From contig CAWHEP010000008.1 of NCBI GenBank assembly GCA_963828525.1, positions 96,001-160,000 of the forward strand: a DNA stretch of 64,000 nt. The letters are read 5' to 3'. This document shows, in pieces, positions 31,097 through 40,691 of this stretch. The stretch is from an uncultured Verrucomicrobiae bacterium. GTDB lineage: Bacteria; Verrucomicrobiota; Verrucomicrobiia; Chthoniobacterales; Chthoniobacteraceae. Positions within the stretch are counted from its first letter, which is position 1, and each line of letters starts with the position of its first letter. The position numbers and the translations under genes were made by a program. Under the pieces are notes generated by a model. The model saw only the letters and a list, made by a program, of their open reading frames with translations. It made no database searches and was not told the DNA's origin.

Positions 31097-32251
31097 TCAA
31101 ACTCCACTCTCTCCGCCCAGATCGCCGAAGGAACTGCGCCGCCGTCTCCGCCAACCGCGAGCACGGAGTCCGGCGATGCGCTTCCAATAAAACCCGCGGG
31201 AGGCTCGCGTCCATCTTGATGAGCCCAGCTTCACCGACATAGTCTGGGATGCCCCGAAGCGAGCGTCATCGCGGGAAACGATGACTGGGAGCCCATGATC
31301 CAGCATTGCGGCAGCAGCGCCGCTCTTGCCGACCAGCGCCCAGGGAGAAGCTGAGATGCCGAAATCTGCGAAACTCAGGATCTCAGAAACGCCGCGGGGC
31401 GGCTGCTCTCCAAAATACGCGACAGAAACTTTGCCCCCGAATTCCCGCGACATCCTGTTCCAGATTTCGGGGCCCTTTTGTCCCAGATTACCGGCACAGG
31501 CAAGCAGGATGCGTTTCCCAGCAATCTGGCCAGCTTGCAGTAGATAGTCGAGAAGAGGCTGAGGGCGCCACTCCGGATGGAGGCCTCCGAAAAGAATGAA
31601 CACCCAAAACTTTTCCCGCGTATCGGCGCTTAAGCCAGCCTTAGCGAGTGAAGGGTGGCAGAGGATCCAGTCATCATCTGGCGGGACAATCGGCACATTG
31701 GAAAAGAGCGGCAAAACGTGCGCTTTAATGCCGAGCCGCTTCAAAACTCCCTCATAAACGGGGTTGTTCGTATGCATGACTTTCGGAGCGAGCTTGCGAA
31801 CCGCGTCCAGGATGAAGTGCCTCTGGACTTGCCCAATGACTCTCTGCTTGAGCGGCGCTCCCGTCGGCAGGCCGATCCAGAGCTCATGGAACATGATGTG
31901 CGCCGCTCTGCGCGAAGCCAAAACGCGCAAACGATCGCCCAGTCCAATTACAATTCCTTTGGGTTGGAAACCATAACAAACCATTTGGACGCTGACGCAC
32001 TCCACGCCGCGAGCCGCCAACCAGGCATCCGCAAGCCGGACGCGTTCGCTCCACGGCATCACACTGGGAAGTCGAATATTTTCCACGCCATCATCAGAAG
32101 CTTCCGTCGAGACATCGGTTCCTGGATCGTTCAAGGAAAGGGCAAACACGGGATGTCCCAGTCGCAGGCACTCCCCAGCGAGCCTCATCGCATAGTCAGC
32201 AACTCCGGATTTTCCCCGTTGAAGCGAGGAACAGATAAATGCGATACGCAT
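31097..32251 (-). CDS. GT-B fold glycosyltransferase (paralog of 38295..39461); 3' end probably frameshifted
   Basis: GVADYA, QMVCYGFQPKG, HIMFHELWIG, LPLFSNVP, KSGAAAAMLDHGLPVIV. Confidence 0.8.
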   Translation of the reverse strand: MRIAFICSSLQRGKSGVADYAMRLAGECLRLGHPVFALSLNDPGTDVSTEASDDGVENIRLPSVMPWSERVRLADAWLAARGVECVSVQMVCYGFQPKGIVIGLGDRLRVLASRRAAHIMFHELWIGLPTGAPLKQRVIGQVQRHFILDAVRKLAPKVMHTNNPVYEGVLKRLGIKAHVLPLFSNVPIVPPDDDWILCHPSLAKAGLSADTREKFWVFILFGGLHPEWRPQPLLDYLLQAGQIAGKRILLACAGNLGQKGPEIWNRMSREFGGKVSVAYFGEQPPRGVSEILSFADFGISASPWALVGKSGAAAAMLDHGLPVIVSRDDARFGASQTMSVKLGSSRWTRASRGFYWKRIAGLRARGWRRRRRSSFGDLGGESGV

Positions 32252-32286
32252 TAGCGCTGGGTGCCTGAAGTTTTCAAAGGATTACT

Positions 32287-33657
32287 CTATGCTGCTTCAC
32301 CACGCAGACCCGGCGGCGGCCCGAATCTGAATCCATACACTCCGGTGAACGCTTGAACCGCAAGCGCCGCGACGGCGCTGTACATTGAGAGATGGATGAC
32401 GCCCATGGTCAGCGAAAGATCCATACGCATAACGCCGCAAATCTGCACAGAAGACACGATGATGCAGCACGTGATTCCTTCCCACCAGAACACCCACTTC
32501 CTTGCGCTATGGAGGGTGAAAAGCATGGAAGACATATAGACTATGCTCGAGACGATAAGAGTAAAAACAGCTTCGAGCCGCAGATGAACATACTTTGGCC
32601 CGAGCAAGGAAAGCAAAACCCCAGGGAATAGAAGCGCAAAACCCACAATCGCCGCGCAAACGATCGCAGCCCCGGAAATGAGCGAAATGTAGCGCGCCAG
32701 CAGGTGCGCGCGCTCGAACTTTGCGATATATGGCGCCACGAGAATGGTGTTGACACTTCCGAAGATTGCAAAGAGCTGCCCCAGCCTGCCGAGCGCGGCG
32801 ACCTCGGCGACATTCTTGCTGTGTCCAAAGTAGCCGATGATGAAAACAGAGATTTGCCCCTGGAAAGCGTAGTAGATCACGCTAGGCATAAGAGGAGTAA
32901 TGTATCTCATCAGTTCGCGGCATACCGCCGGGTCGGCTTGTTCTGGCTCTTCGAAAAGCGGCTGCGAGGCGCGTTTGCTAAGGAACGCGATAATGCCTGC
33001 TGACAAACCGCCAAACCATACAGTGCCAACAGAGTCCAATGACGAGGCGAGGTGCGCCAGCCAACACGCGCCCAGCCTTGATGTCGCGCCGAGCACCTGA
33101 GACTTTGAGAGCAGTCGCATTCTCTGGTGAATAAGAAGCGGGGCGCTGTAGAACGACGCAAGGCCAAGAAGAAAAAGATTCGCCGTGATGCCTCCAAAAA
33201 GCAGCAGTTCAGTAGCGAGAGCCCAGTGCTGGCGCTTTGCGACAACGTGAAAGGCCACGGCGGAAACGGGAACGACCAGCAATAGCAGCCTGTTCCGCTG
33301 GGCGCGCCCGGCGCGAATGTATCCACCAACGACGCGAGCATCCGCGCCTCTGCTTCCAACCATGGCGACAATCGAATTGCAGAGGCCAAAATCCACGAGC
33401 AGAGCTACGGTACATTGAAAGCCGAAGGCCACCCCGTATTGCGCATAGCTGTCCACGCTTAGCCACCGGAGCAGCAGGAGGCCGGTTGAAAGGCTGATCA
33501 CCTGTGTGAGGCCCTGGCCCACGAAAAAGACGGCAAGCCGCTTATACCACCTTAGAAATCGGGCGCGCAGCCAATCCCACTTAGGCTCCCGTAAAGGAGG
33601 AGGCTCCGCAAGGGGATGCGGCTCCCGCGCGTTAACTCCCGCCACGGGTCGAAGCAA
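32287..33657 (-). CDS. Putative Wzx-like flippase (polysaccharide biosynthesis protein)
   Basis: About 12 TMs, LLLLRWLSVDSYAQY, LVDFG, VAEVAALGRL; positioned between wzc and the GTs. Confidence 0.72.
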   Translation of the reverse strand: MLRPVAGVNAREPHPLAEPPPLREPKWDWLRARFLRWYKRLAVFFVGQGLTQVISLSTGLLLLRWLSVDSYAQYGVAFGFQCTVALLVDFGLCNSIVAMVGSRGADARVVGGYIRAGRAQRNRLLLLVVPVSAVAFHVVAKRQHWALATELLLFGGITANLFLLGLASFYSAPLLIHQRMRLLSKSQVLGATSRLGACWLAHLASSLDSVGTVWFGGLSAGIIAFLSKRASQPLFEEPEQADPAVCRELMRYITPLMPSVIYYAFQGQISVFIIGYFGHSKNVAEVAALGRLGQLFAIFGSVNTILVAPYIAKFERAHLLARYISLISGAAIVCAAIVGFALLFPGVLLSLLGPKYVHLRLEAVFTLIVSSIVYMSSMLFTLHSARKWVFWWEGITCCIIVSSVQICGVMRMDLSLTMGVIHLSMYSAVAALAVQAFTGVYGFRFGPPPGLRGEAA

Positions 33658-33774
33658 ACGAGCGAAACTCCTGAGGGAGACGCCCGCGTCCGCCCGCGAT
33701 ACTCGCTTGAAAAGGCTCTAAAGCAGCACTCATCACCTATCGATTTGAGTGGCAAGCGCTCCCATCGGCTTCCT

Positions 33775-35886
33775 TTAGGCGCCTCCGGCGCGGGTGTATT
33801 CTTTCATATACTTGGAATACTGGTAATACTCGTAATCGGGCGCTGACGTTCTCAGGTCATTCAGCACCAAGCCGAGCAGATTCACCTGCCGGTGATACAA
33901 AATCTGCAGAGCCCTGTGAGTCAAGCGGACGGATGAGACTCCAAAGCGAACCACAAAAAGGGCAGCATCGATCTTCGGCGCCAGACTCGCGGTATCATCC
34001 GCGACAATCACCGGAGCGCTGTCGAACACGATATACTCGAATTCACGGTAAACCTCCTGCAAAAAACGGTCGGTGGTTTTGCTAAGGAAATACTCTCCCG
34101 GCTGGCTGACATTGTGACCGCGTGGCAGCAGTGAGAGGTTGTCGAGCATGGTAGGCTGTATCGCTTCCTTCCAGCTCACTTTCTGGCTTAGAACCTCTGA
34201 AAATCCAACTGAGCCGGAAACGCCAAAGGAGCTATGCAGCTTGCCTCGTCGCAGGTCGGCATCCACAAGAAGAGTTTTGCAACCAAGGAACGAGAGGGTT
34301 ATCGCCAGGTTGGACGATACGGTGGACTTCCCCTCGCCTGGAACGGCTGAGGTGATGAGGAGGGATTTGGGCCGCGCTCCATCCATTGGCAGGTAAAGAA
34401 TGGAGGAACGGATAGTCCGAAAGGCTTCCGCGAAAAGGTGCCTCGGATCGTCAGGCCTGATGAGGTCGAGAGGAGTTCCCTTGATGGCCTCACGCGGCAC
34501 ATGCCCGAGGATGGTCTCCTTGAACCCGGCCTGAACGTCATGGAAGGATTTTATCTGATCGTTGATCTTGTCGAGAGCGATCACGATGGCAAGTCCCAGA
34601 AAACTGCCGACACCTAGCCCCAGGAAGATCGCCCGCCACATGCCCAGCTTAACCGACCGGGGATTATCCGCATTGTCCAAAATGGTGACGGTATCTTGTG
34701 TGACCTTGCCGCTGGAGTCCACGTTGCCCAAGCTGGTCAACAACTGATCATACTGCGCTTGATTACGATCCTTCTTTGCCTTAATTTTTTCCCATTCGGC
34801 GATGAGCCCACTCAACTCGAGCGCCTTCTTTTGCCACGTGTCAATCAGCTGATTGAGATTTTTGATGCGAATCCCTATGGATTCCCGCTGTGTCTTGAGC
34901 TCGGCGTAAGCCTCCTTCCGGAACAGATCGATGAGATCCTGCGAACTCGCCATCTCGTCCTCAATTTCCTTAATCCTTGGGTGCTCGGGTCTGAACGTTA
35001 GCAGCGCCTGCTGCTTCTGAGCCTGAAGGAGAGAAAGCTTGCGCTTTGCGGCGTAGTAATCCGCTTCCGCGCCGAAGTGCTTCATCACATTCTGTGAAGC
35101 GGCCTCCGCATCCGATTGACTTGCAGGCGCGGGCGCCGCGTCTGTCTGGCCCTTGCGATCAAGGTTTTGATCCAGATCCTCGTTTTCAAGAAGGTTGTAT
35201 TCCTTTTGAAGATCGGCGAGTTCGTTATTAAGGCTGCTGAGGTACTTCGCCGCGCTATTGCCCTGCTCCTCCAGAAAACCAACGTTATGTTCTTTCTGAA
35301 AGGCGAGGAGGTCATTTTCAGACTCTCCCAGCTCTTTATCAATGCGACCTAACTCCTCCGTGATCGCAGTTACGGCGCTTTCCGACTTTTGGGAGCGCAT
35401 CTCCCGCTTGATCTGGATGTACTCCGCCATGACCGCGTCCAGGAAAGCCTGGGTGTAAGAGGGGGAAGCTCCTGTCGCCCTGAGAACGAAGATGGAAGTG
35501 GTCGGTAATTGGGCAACCTCAAGATCAACTGGTGTCACCGGCAGATTTGGGTGGAGCGCGAGCACGCGGGCTTGCGCTCGCTGTTGAACCTCACCGCTTC
35601 GCATCAATTGCGTCTGCGTGCCGAAAAAGTTGACCAGATCCTCGGTGTAATTGGCCTCCTCGCGGATGAGGATCTTGCCGCTCACCATCATGCGGCTGCT
35701 TGAGAGATAAGCCGGCGGCGCTTGGGAGATGAACCAGGCGGCGATCGCCAGCCCTATACTGATCGTCAGGAATGGCACCCACCAGTATCTGCGGAGAGCA
35801 AGGAAGAACCGGTATATCTCCGTTCGTATTACCGCGAAACGGGAAGAAAACGTAATCGGCGCGCTACTGACGAGGCCTTCAGCCAT
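33775..35886 (-). CDS. wzc: Polysaccharide co-polymerase / BY-kinase (Wzc-like), copy 2
   Basis: RPEHPRI, AEAFRTIRSS, SAVPGEGKS, VDADLRRG, FDSAPV, tail YEYYQYSKY. Confidence 0.92.
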   Translation of the reverse strand: MAEGLVSSAPITFSSRFAVIRTEIYRFFLALRRYWWVPFLTISIGLAIAAWFISQAPPAYLSSSRMMVSGKILIREEANYTEDLVNFFGTQTQLMRSGEVQQRAQARVLALHPNLPVTPVDLEVAQLPTTSIFVLRATGASPSYTQAFLDAVMAEYIQIKREMRSQKSESAVTAITEELGRIDKELGESENDLLAFQKEHNVGFLEEQGNSAAKYLSSLNNELADLQKEYNLLENEDLDQNLDRKGQTDAAPAPASQSDAEAASQNVMKHFGAEADYYAAKRKLSLLQAQKQQALLTFRPEHPRIKEIEDEMASSQDLIDLFRKEAYAELKTQRESIGIRIKNLNQLIDTWQKKALELSGLIAEWEKIKAKKDRNQAQYDQLLTSLGNVDSSGKVTQDTVTILDNADNPRSVKLGMWRAIFLGLGVGSFLGLAIVIALDKINDQIKSFHDVQAGFKETILGHVPREAIKGTPLDLIRPDDPRHLFAEAFRTIRSSILYLPMDGARPKSLLITSAVPGEGKSTVSSNLAITLSFLGCKTLLVDADLRRGKLHSSFGVSGSVGFSEVLSQKVSWKEAIQPTMLDNLSLLPRGHNVSQPGEYFLSKTTDRFLQEVYREFEYIVFDSAPVIVADDTASLAPKIDAALFVVRFGVSSVRLTHRALQILYHRQVNLLGLVLNDLRTSAPDYEYYQYSKYMKEYTRAGGA

Positions 35887-35888
35887 AA

Positions 35889-36599
35889 CTAGAAGTTCCA
35901 GCGTTTTTCCGGGACGATGACAGTGTCTCCGGGTTCGATGCTAGGGTCCTTGTCCAGACGTCCATCTTTGAAGACCGGCCGGAGGTCGATCACATTCGTC
36001 TTGTAGTTGCCGCCGACCTTTCGGATCAGTTTGACCCGTCTCATATCAGCAAAGTCTCCCAATCCGCCTGCCCGCAGGATCGCCTTGCTTAAGGTCAACG
36101 GCTCATCCGGCGGGATATCGAGAGGTCCTTGCTGGCGCACATCTCCCATCAGATAGACCTTGCCCTTGGACTTTCCTGAGACGGTATCGAGGCCCAAGAT
36201 GACAGTCGCTATCTTGTAGTACTTGGCTTCCAGCACAGCCTTGATGTCAAAGGCGAGTTGGCGGCAGGTCCTCCCATCCGCCTGCACCCGTCCAATCATC
36301 GGCACCTCCATCTCGCCGGAATCGCCGACGCGCAGGGCGATCGGGTCCTTGCCATCCTGAACGACTCGATAGCTCACGACATCGCCCTTCCCCAACTTTG
36401 TCGTGTCGTTGAGCACGTCCATGGAGGTCGTAAGACCCACGGTCGCAGAAGCGGAATAATTTGTAACGGGACGTTCAGTCTTTTCAGGGGAGTCTTCTGT
36501 CATCACCCGCTGACCGGAACGAGACGTGAGCAACTGGGCGTTGCTGGAAGCGACAGCGAAAACAGAAAGAACGATGAAAATAAAGGACGTGTTCGCCAT
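35889..36599 (-). CDS. wza: Short OPX polysaccharide export protein, copy 2
   Basis: LGKGDVVSYRV, SGEMEVPMIGRV, VYLMGDVRQQG, AILRAGG..DFAD, IEPGDTVIVPE. No C-terminal helix. Confidence 0.88.
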   Translation of the reverse strand: MANTSFIFIVLSVFAVASSNAQLLTSRSGQRVMTEDSPEKTERPVTNYSASATVGLTTSMDVLNDTTKLGKGDVVSYRVVQDGKDPIALRVGDSGEMEVPMIGRVQADGRTCRQLAFDIKAVLEAKYYKIATVILGLDTVSGKSKGKVYLMGDVRQQGPLDIPPDEPLTLSKAILRAGGLGDFADMRRVKLIRKVGGNYKTNVIDLRPVFKDGRLDKDPSIEPGDTVIVPEKRWNF

Positions 36600-36617
36600 G
36601 GATTTTTTATCTAGCGC

Positions 36618-38060
36618 TTAAAATTGATACGCAAATTGAACGACGGTCCGGTCTTGTAGATACCCCTGCTCCGAGACATTTGCAAGTTTCAAACTGAATT
36701 GATAATTCAACGACACTGTGAGTTTTCTCGAAAGTGGGTATGAGGAGGAAAAGCCAGCCACGAACTGGTCGAAATGGCTTGCCTGTCCCGGAACGGCTCC
36801 GGCTTGATCCACGTCTTGCAGTGAGACAGAGGAAACGAGGCTGATGAGGCGCGTGAACGCCCAAGATGACGTATAGGTAAGAAAGGTCAGAGACTCCCGC
36901 GAAGACGCCAGTCCGAGCTGATTTTCCCTGCCAAAGGAGAGGGAGTCATTGTAGAAGCGATTCAGCCTGTGGTTCAACGATACGTTTGCGTAGAAACTCG
37001 CGAGATCGCTCTCGTTGGGCGCCACGTTCGGATTGATGCCATTGATGAAAAGTCCGTTACCCTGAATGACCGATGCCTGCTGGGCGAGAGGGGCGCCGTT
37101 GGCGCGAAAGAAGATGCCTTGGTAGCCACCCGAAATGGTCAAATCCGTGTAGTGGCTCAGCTTGGTCTGCAGGAACGGCCCTAAACTGAATGACGTGGCA
37201 GTTCCCCGAGCTGACTGCCTGTAGGTAGTGTAGGAGGCGCTGGTATTTATCCCCCATCCGGTGATCGGGTTTGTGGGAAAAAACGCCGAGAACGTCAGCC
37301 CTTCAGTGGCGTGAGTGTCGTCCGGAATCTGTGAATTGCCGGATGTTCCCTTTACCTGAGACGGCGGTGTAATGGAATTTGTGTGGTCAAGGCCGAGCGT
37401 GAGAATCGCTGTGTTCAGGTCCCAAAGCACTTCGGCGCCGATAACATTCACATATTGCTGATAGACAGCTACGTTACTCAGAGAACTTTGTCTGACAGGA
37501 TCGTCGGTGATCGAAAACAGGTCATGGAGATTGATCCTGAAGTCTCCCGTGTAGATGTCGTAGGTGAGCCTCGAACCGGGTCCTACCGCGATACTCGTGA
37601 CATTGAACTTTGGGTGGAACAGATAATCGGAATAGCCGAGTGTCGTGTCGAATGAGACCACGTTTGCCCGGGTGGCCTGCCATCGGAGGGTGATGCCCAC
37701 AGACGGGGTGAGGATAAGGTCCGCCTCGGGATTGACTTTTGCAGTATTAATATTATCGTTGAACTCTGCGGTCATCGTCGCGTTGACCTTCAGAAGAACA
37801 GGACCCACCTTTAAATTATAATCGTTTATCTCCGGCGGACGGGTTCGCAATTCCGCAGCCCGTTCACCCACTTGCGAGGGCCGTTGAACCTCCTGCGCGT
37901 CCGCGACCAAGGCAAGGCAGAGCAGGCAAAGAAGCCCGGAAACCGACTTGAATCTGACGATACGCGGGGTGATAGGAGTAAGGCGCTGCGGCGTGAAATA
38001 TCGGCTGAGTCCTTGCTGCTTTACCGGATATGAGGTTGGATTAGCAAAGGAAATTATCAT
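36618..38060 (-). CDS. Outer-membrane beta-barrel protein partnered with the short OPX, copy 2
   Basis: Signal-like LLCLLCLALVADA, YNLKVGPV, EFNDNIN, amphipathic strands, terminal FAYQF. Confidence 0.8.
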   Translation of the reverse strand: MIISFANPTSYPVKQQGLSRYFTPQRLTPITPRIVRFKSVSGLLCLLCLALVADAQEVQRPSQVGERAAELRTRPPEINDYNLKVGPVLLKVNATMTAEFNDNINTAKVNPEADLILTPSVGITLRWQATRANVVSFDTTLGYSDYLFHPKFNVTSIAVGPGSRLTYDIYTGDFRINLHDLFSITDDPVRQSSLSNVAVYQQYVNVIGAEVLWDLNTAILTLGLDHTNSITPPSQVKGTSGNSQIPDDTHATEGLTFSAFFPTNPITGWGINTSASYTTYRQSARGTATSFSLGPFLQTKLSHYTDLTISGGYQGIFFRANGAPLAQQASVIQGNGLFINGINPNVAPNESDLASFYANVSLNHRLNRFYNDSLSFGRENQLGLASSRESLTFLTYTSSWAFTRLISLVSSVSLQDVDQAGAVPGQASHFDQFVAGFSSSYPLSRKLTVSLNYQFSLKLANVSEQGYLQDRTVVQFAYQF

Positions 38061-38084
38061 CCAATTATGACCGGTGATCCCGCC
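37779..38084. repeat. Direct repeat copy 1 (306 bp) of 40386..40691
   Basis: Three mismatches by direct comparison; 37837-38084 is identical to 40444-40691; offset 2607 bp. Confidence 0.97.
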
Positions 38085-38294
38085 CCTCCATTCCTATCGC
38101 CGTCGCCAAACCTAGGGTGCGTGCCTCCTCCATCGGTACAGTTTCAAAGAAATCCGCAGCCCTATAGCGTGGCGACATGTGAAACACGATGCCGGATTAC
38201 GGGAGGAACGGCATCCTCATCTAGTCGCGCTGCTGCCTCGCGTCCAAGGTAAGGCCCCCCATTAGGACTCACCAGACCGGCAATTCCGACGCTA

Positions 38295-39461
38295 TCAGCC
38301 TCCTCCTGCAGCTTTACTCTGGCCGGTCGCATTCGCAAGATCGTGTAAAAACTGAGCCGCCACCTCTGGCAGTCTTGATCTTGGATCGTTTCGTTGCGCT
38401 CTTTTCAGGCGTTTCACCAAGGTATCGTCAACACTCAGGAACCGCGGTGACGTCATAGGGGCATATATGCCATCGAAACGCTGATCGTTTCGACTAACGA
38501 TGACAGGCAATCCGTGATCTACCATCGTCGCCGCAGCACTGCTCTTTTCGATTAGCATCCGCGGCGAGGCTGCAATACCAAAGTCCGCGCAGTTCAACAC
38601 CTCAGAGACTCTCCGCGCGGAGTGCATGCCGAGGCTTTTGAAGATAATCCGCCCTGAAAACTGACACTCCGTCCGCGCCCACAACCGTCTGCCCAAATCC
38701 CCCATATCCCCTATCGCAGTCAGTGCGATCTTTCTATTTGTGTCAGCAGCGAACTCGAGCAGATAATCAAGAAGCGGTGTAGCCGTCCATTCCGGATGCA
38801 GCCTTCCAAATAGGACGAAAATCCACAACGACGACCTTTCGATCAAGCCGATAGGGGAAATCTGCGAGATCAGCCATCGACTCTCGCTCGTTGAGATTAT
38901 AGGAACATTGGAAAAAAGTGGGAGGACACGGGCATTTAGGCCGCACCGCGCGAGCACGTGACTGTATACTTTGTTGTTGGTATGGATGACGAGTGGTCGG
39001 CATCCCTTTATAGCGTTAAGAATGAAGCGTCTCTGGACTGCGCCCACCAGACGTTCCTTAAATGAAGATCCGGTAGCGAGGCCTATCCACAGCTCATGGA
39101 ACATGATATGAACTCTTCTTCCCTTCACGAGGCGCCTCAGACGATCGCCTAAGCCAACCACAACCCCCTTTTTTTGAAAACCATAGCAGACCATTTGGAC
39201 GCTTAGCCACTCAGCGCCTGCTTCAGTGAGCCACTGCTGTGCATGTTCTATGCGACGATCCCATCCCATCGCCTGAGGGAGTCGCAGGATCCGTACACCA
39301 CCGTATTCCTGACACACAACCACGCCGGTTCCAGAATCGTTCAGCGATAGGGCAACGCAATGATGCCCCATCTTATTTGTTTGTGACGCAAGATTGAGTA
39401 CGTAGTCTGCCACACCAGACCTCCCGAAATCGAGTGACGAGCAAAGGAAGGCGATCCGCAT
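38295..39461 (-). CDS. GT-B fold glycosyltransferase (paralog of 31097..32251)
   Basis: MRIAFLCSSL..GRSGVADY, QMVCYGFQKKG, HIMFHELWIG, LPLFSNVP, DHGLPVIV. Confidence 0.82.
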   Translation of the reverse strand: MRIAFLCSSLDFGRSGVADYVLNLASQTNKMGHHCVALSLNDSGTGVVVCQEYGGVRILRLPQAMGWDRRIEHAQQWLTEAGAEWLSVQMVCYGFQKKGVVVGLGDRLRRLVKGRRVHIMFHELWIGLATGSSFKERLVGAVQRRFILNAIKGCRPLVIHTNNKVYSHVLARCGLNARVLPLFSNVPIISTSESRWLISQISPIGLIERSSLWIFVLFGRLHPEWTATPLLDYLLEFAADTNRKIALTAIGDMGDLGRRLWARTECQFSGRIIFKSLGMHSARRVSEVLNCADFGIAASPRMLIEKSSAAATMVDHGLPVIVSRNDQRFDGIYAPMTSPRFLSVDDTLVKRLKRAQRNDPRSRLPEVAAQFLHDLANATGQSKAAGGG

Positions 39462-39510
39462 TATTCGGTGGTAATTGAACCCGGTCTATTATCGAACAGC
39501 GGAAACTCCC

Positions 39511-40140
39511 TCAATCGAAGATTATTGCGCCTGCTACAGGTTTGTCAGTCGTTCCTTGGGGGCGGTCTCTGAGCTTCCTGCCAGGGACCCCGCCCCATAT
39601 CTCAAACGCTCCCACCGATTTCGTCAGCACTGAACCTGCCGCTATGATTGCACCGCGGCGGATTCTCACTCCTTTTAGAACCAGGACATTTGCCCCTACC
39701 CAAGTGTCGTCTTCAACGATGATCTTTATCTCCGCCCCGCCTGTCTGCGACACTATTGGAACTGTCCGGGAATCAAAGCCATGGTCGTGATCGATAAACT
39801 TGCAGCCAGATGCAATCAAGACATTTTTGCCGACGATAATCGAATCGCGAATATTAAATTCACAGCCTGCTCCAATAAAAACATTATCTCCGAACACTAA
39901 TGAAGGCCCCGACCGCCAAATGCCGTCAAACTTAAATGAAACACCTCTCTCAATGTGGCATCTAGCTCCAAGCGACACCTGGTGGGGCCAAGTCACGTAG
40001 ATTTGGGGCAGAAGTGTTCCTTGCCCGACGTCGAGACCGATTGACCTCCAATAGAACGTGCGGAATCGGTCGATAACTCGTGCCCAAACGGAGCGCAACC
40101 GGAAGACGATCTTGGGTTTGAGTGAGGCGGGGGCCATCAA
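39511..40140 (-). CDS. Hexapeptide-repeat (LbH) O-acetyltransferase
   Basis: GDNVFIG, FIDHDHG, DDTWVGANVLVLKGV, WGGVPGRKLR. Confidence 0.9.
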   Translation of the reverse strand: MMAPASLKPKIVFRLRSVWARVIDRFRTFYWRSIGLDVGQGTLLPQIYVTWPHQVSLGARCHIERGVSFKFDGIWRSGPSLVFGDNVFIGAGCEFNIRDSIIVGKNVLIASGCKFIDHDHGFDSRTVPIVSQTGGAEIKIIVEDDTWVGANVLVLKGVRIRRGAIIAAGSVLTKSVGAFEIWGGVPGRKLRDRPQGTTDKPVAGAIIFD

Positions 40141-40667
40141 TGTGGTCGAAAATGGGAAACACGCTTATATCGCGCGAGCAAAGCACCACTACCAGCGAAA
40201 GGCGGGGGGAGCCGCGCATAACCGATAGTCGTGTCCCGGAGCCGAGCGCGGGGTCGGAGGATACGGACGCTGGTTCTCGTGACCTGCCACCTGAGTTTGA
40301 CGTCGGCGGATGTAGTGAGGGAGAAGTCAGCCGCGCGTTCTAGGCGCAAACTTTTGAGATTATTATTCCACTCCGCAGTCATGGACGCGTTTACCTTCAG
40401 AAGAACAGGACCCACCTTTAGATTATAATCGTTTATCTCCGGAGGACGGGTTCGCAATTCCGCAGCCCGTTCACCCACTTGCGAGGGCCGTTGAACCTCC
40501 TGCGCGTCCGCGACCAAGGCAAGGCAGAGCAGGCAAAGAAGCCCGGAAACCGACTTGAATCTGACGATACGCGGGGTGATAGGAGTAAGGCGCTGCGGCG
40601 TGAAATATCGGCTGAGTCCTTGCTGCTTTACCGGATATGAGGTTGGATTAGCAAAGGAAATTATCAT
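40137..40667 (-). pseudogene. Truncated 5' duplicate of the beta-barrel gene 36618..38060
   Basis: First about 94 aa identical, then diverged similarity (MTAEWNNN, LRWQVTR, DTTIGY). The stop overlaps the acetyltransferase start (TGATG). Confidence 0.85.
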
Positions 40668-40691
40668 CCAATTATGACCGGTGATCCCGCC
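40386..40691. repeat. Direct repeat copy 2 (306 bp) of 37779..38084
   Basis: See copy 1. Confidence 0.97.

Noticed and set aside
38067..38252. 61-aa plus-strand ORF
   Set aside because: Only the first 6 codons are the duplicated TPR start and the rest is unrelated. Treated as a by-product of the repeat.
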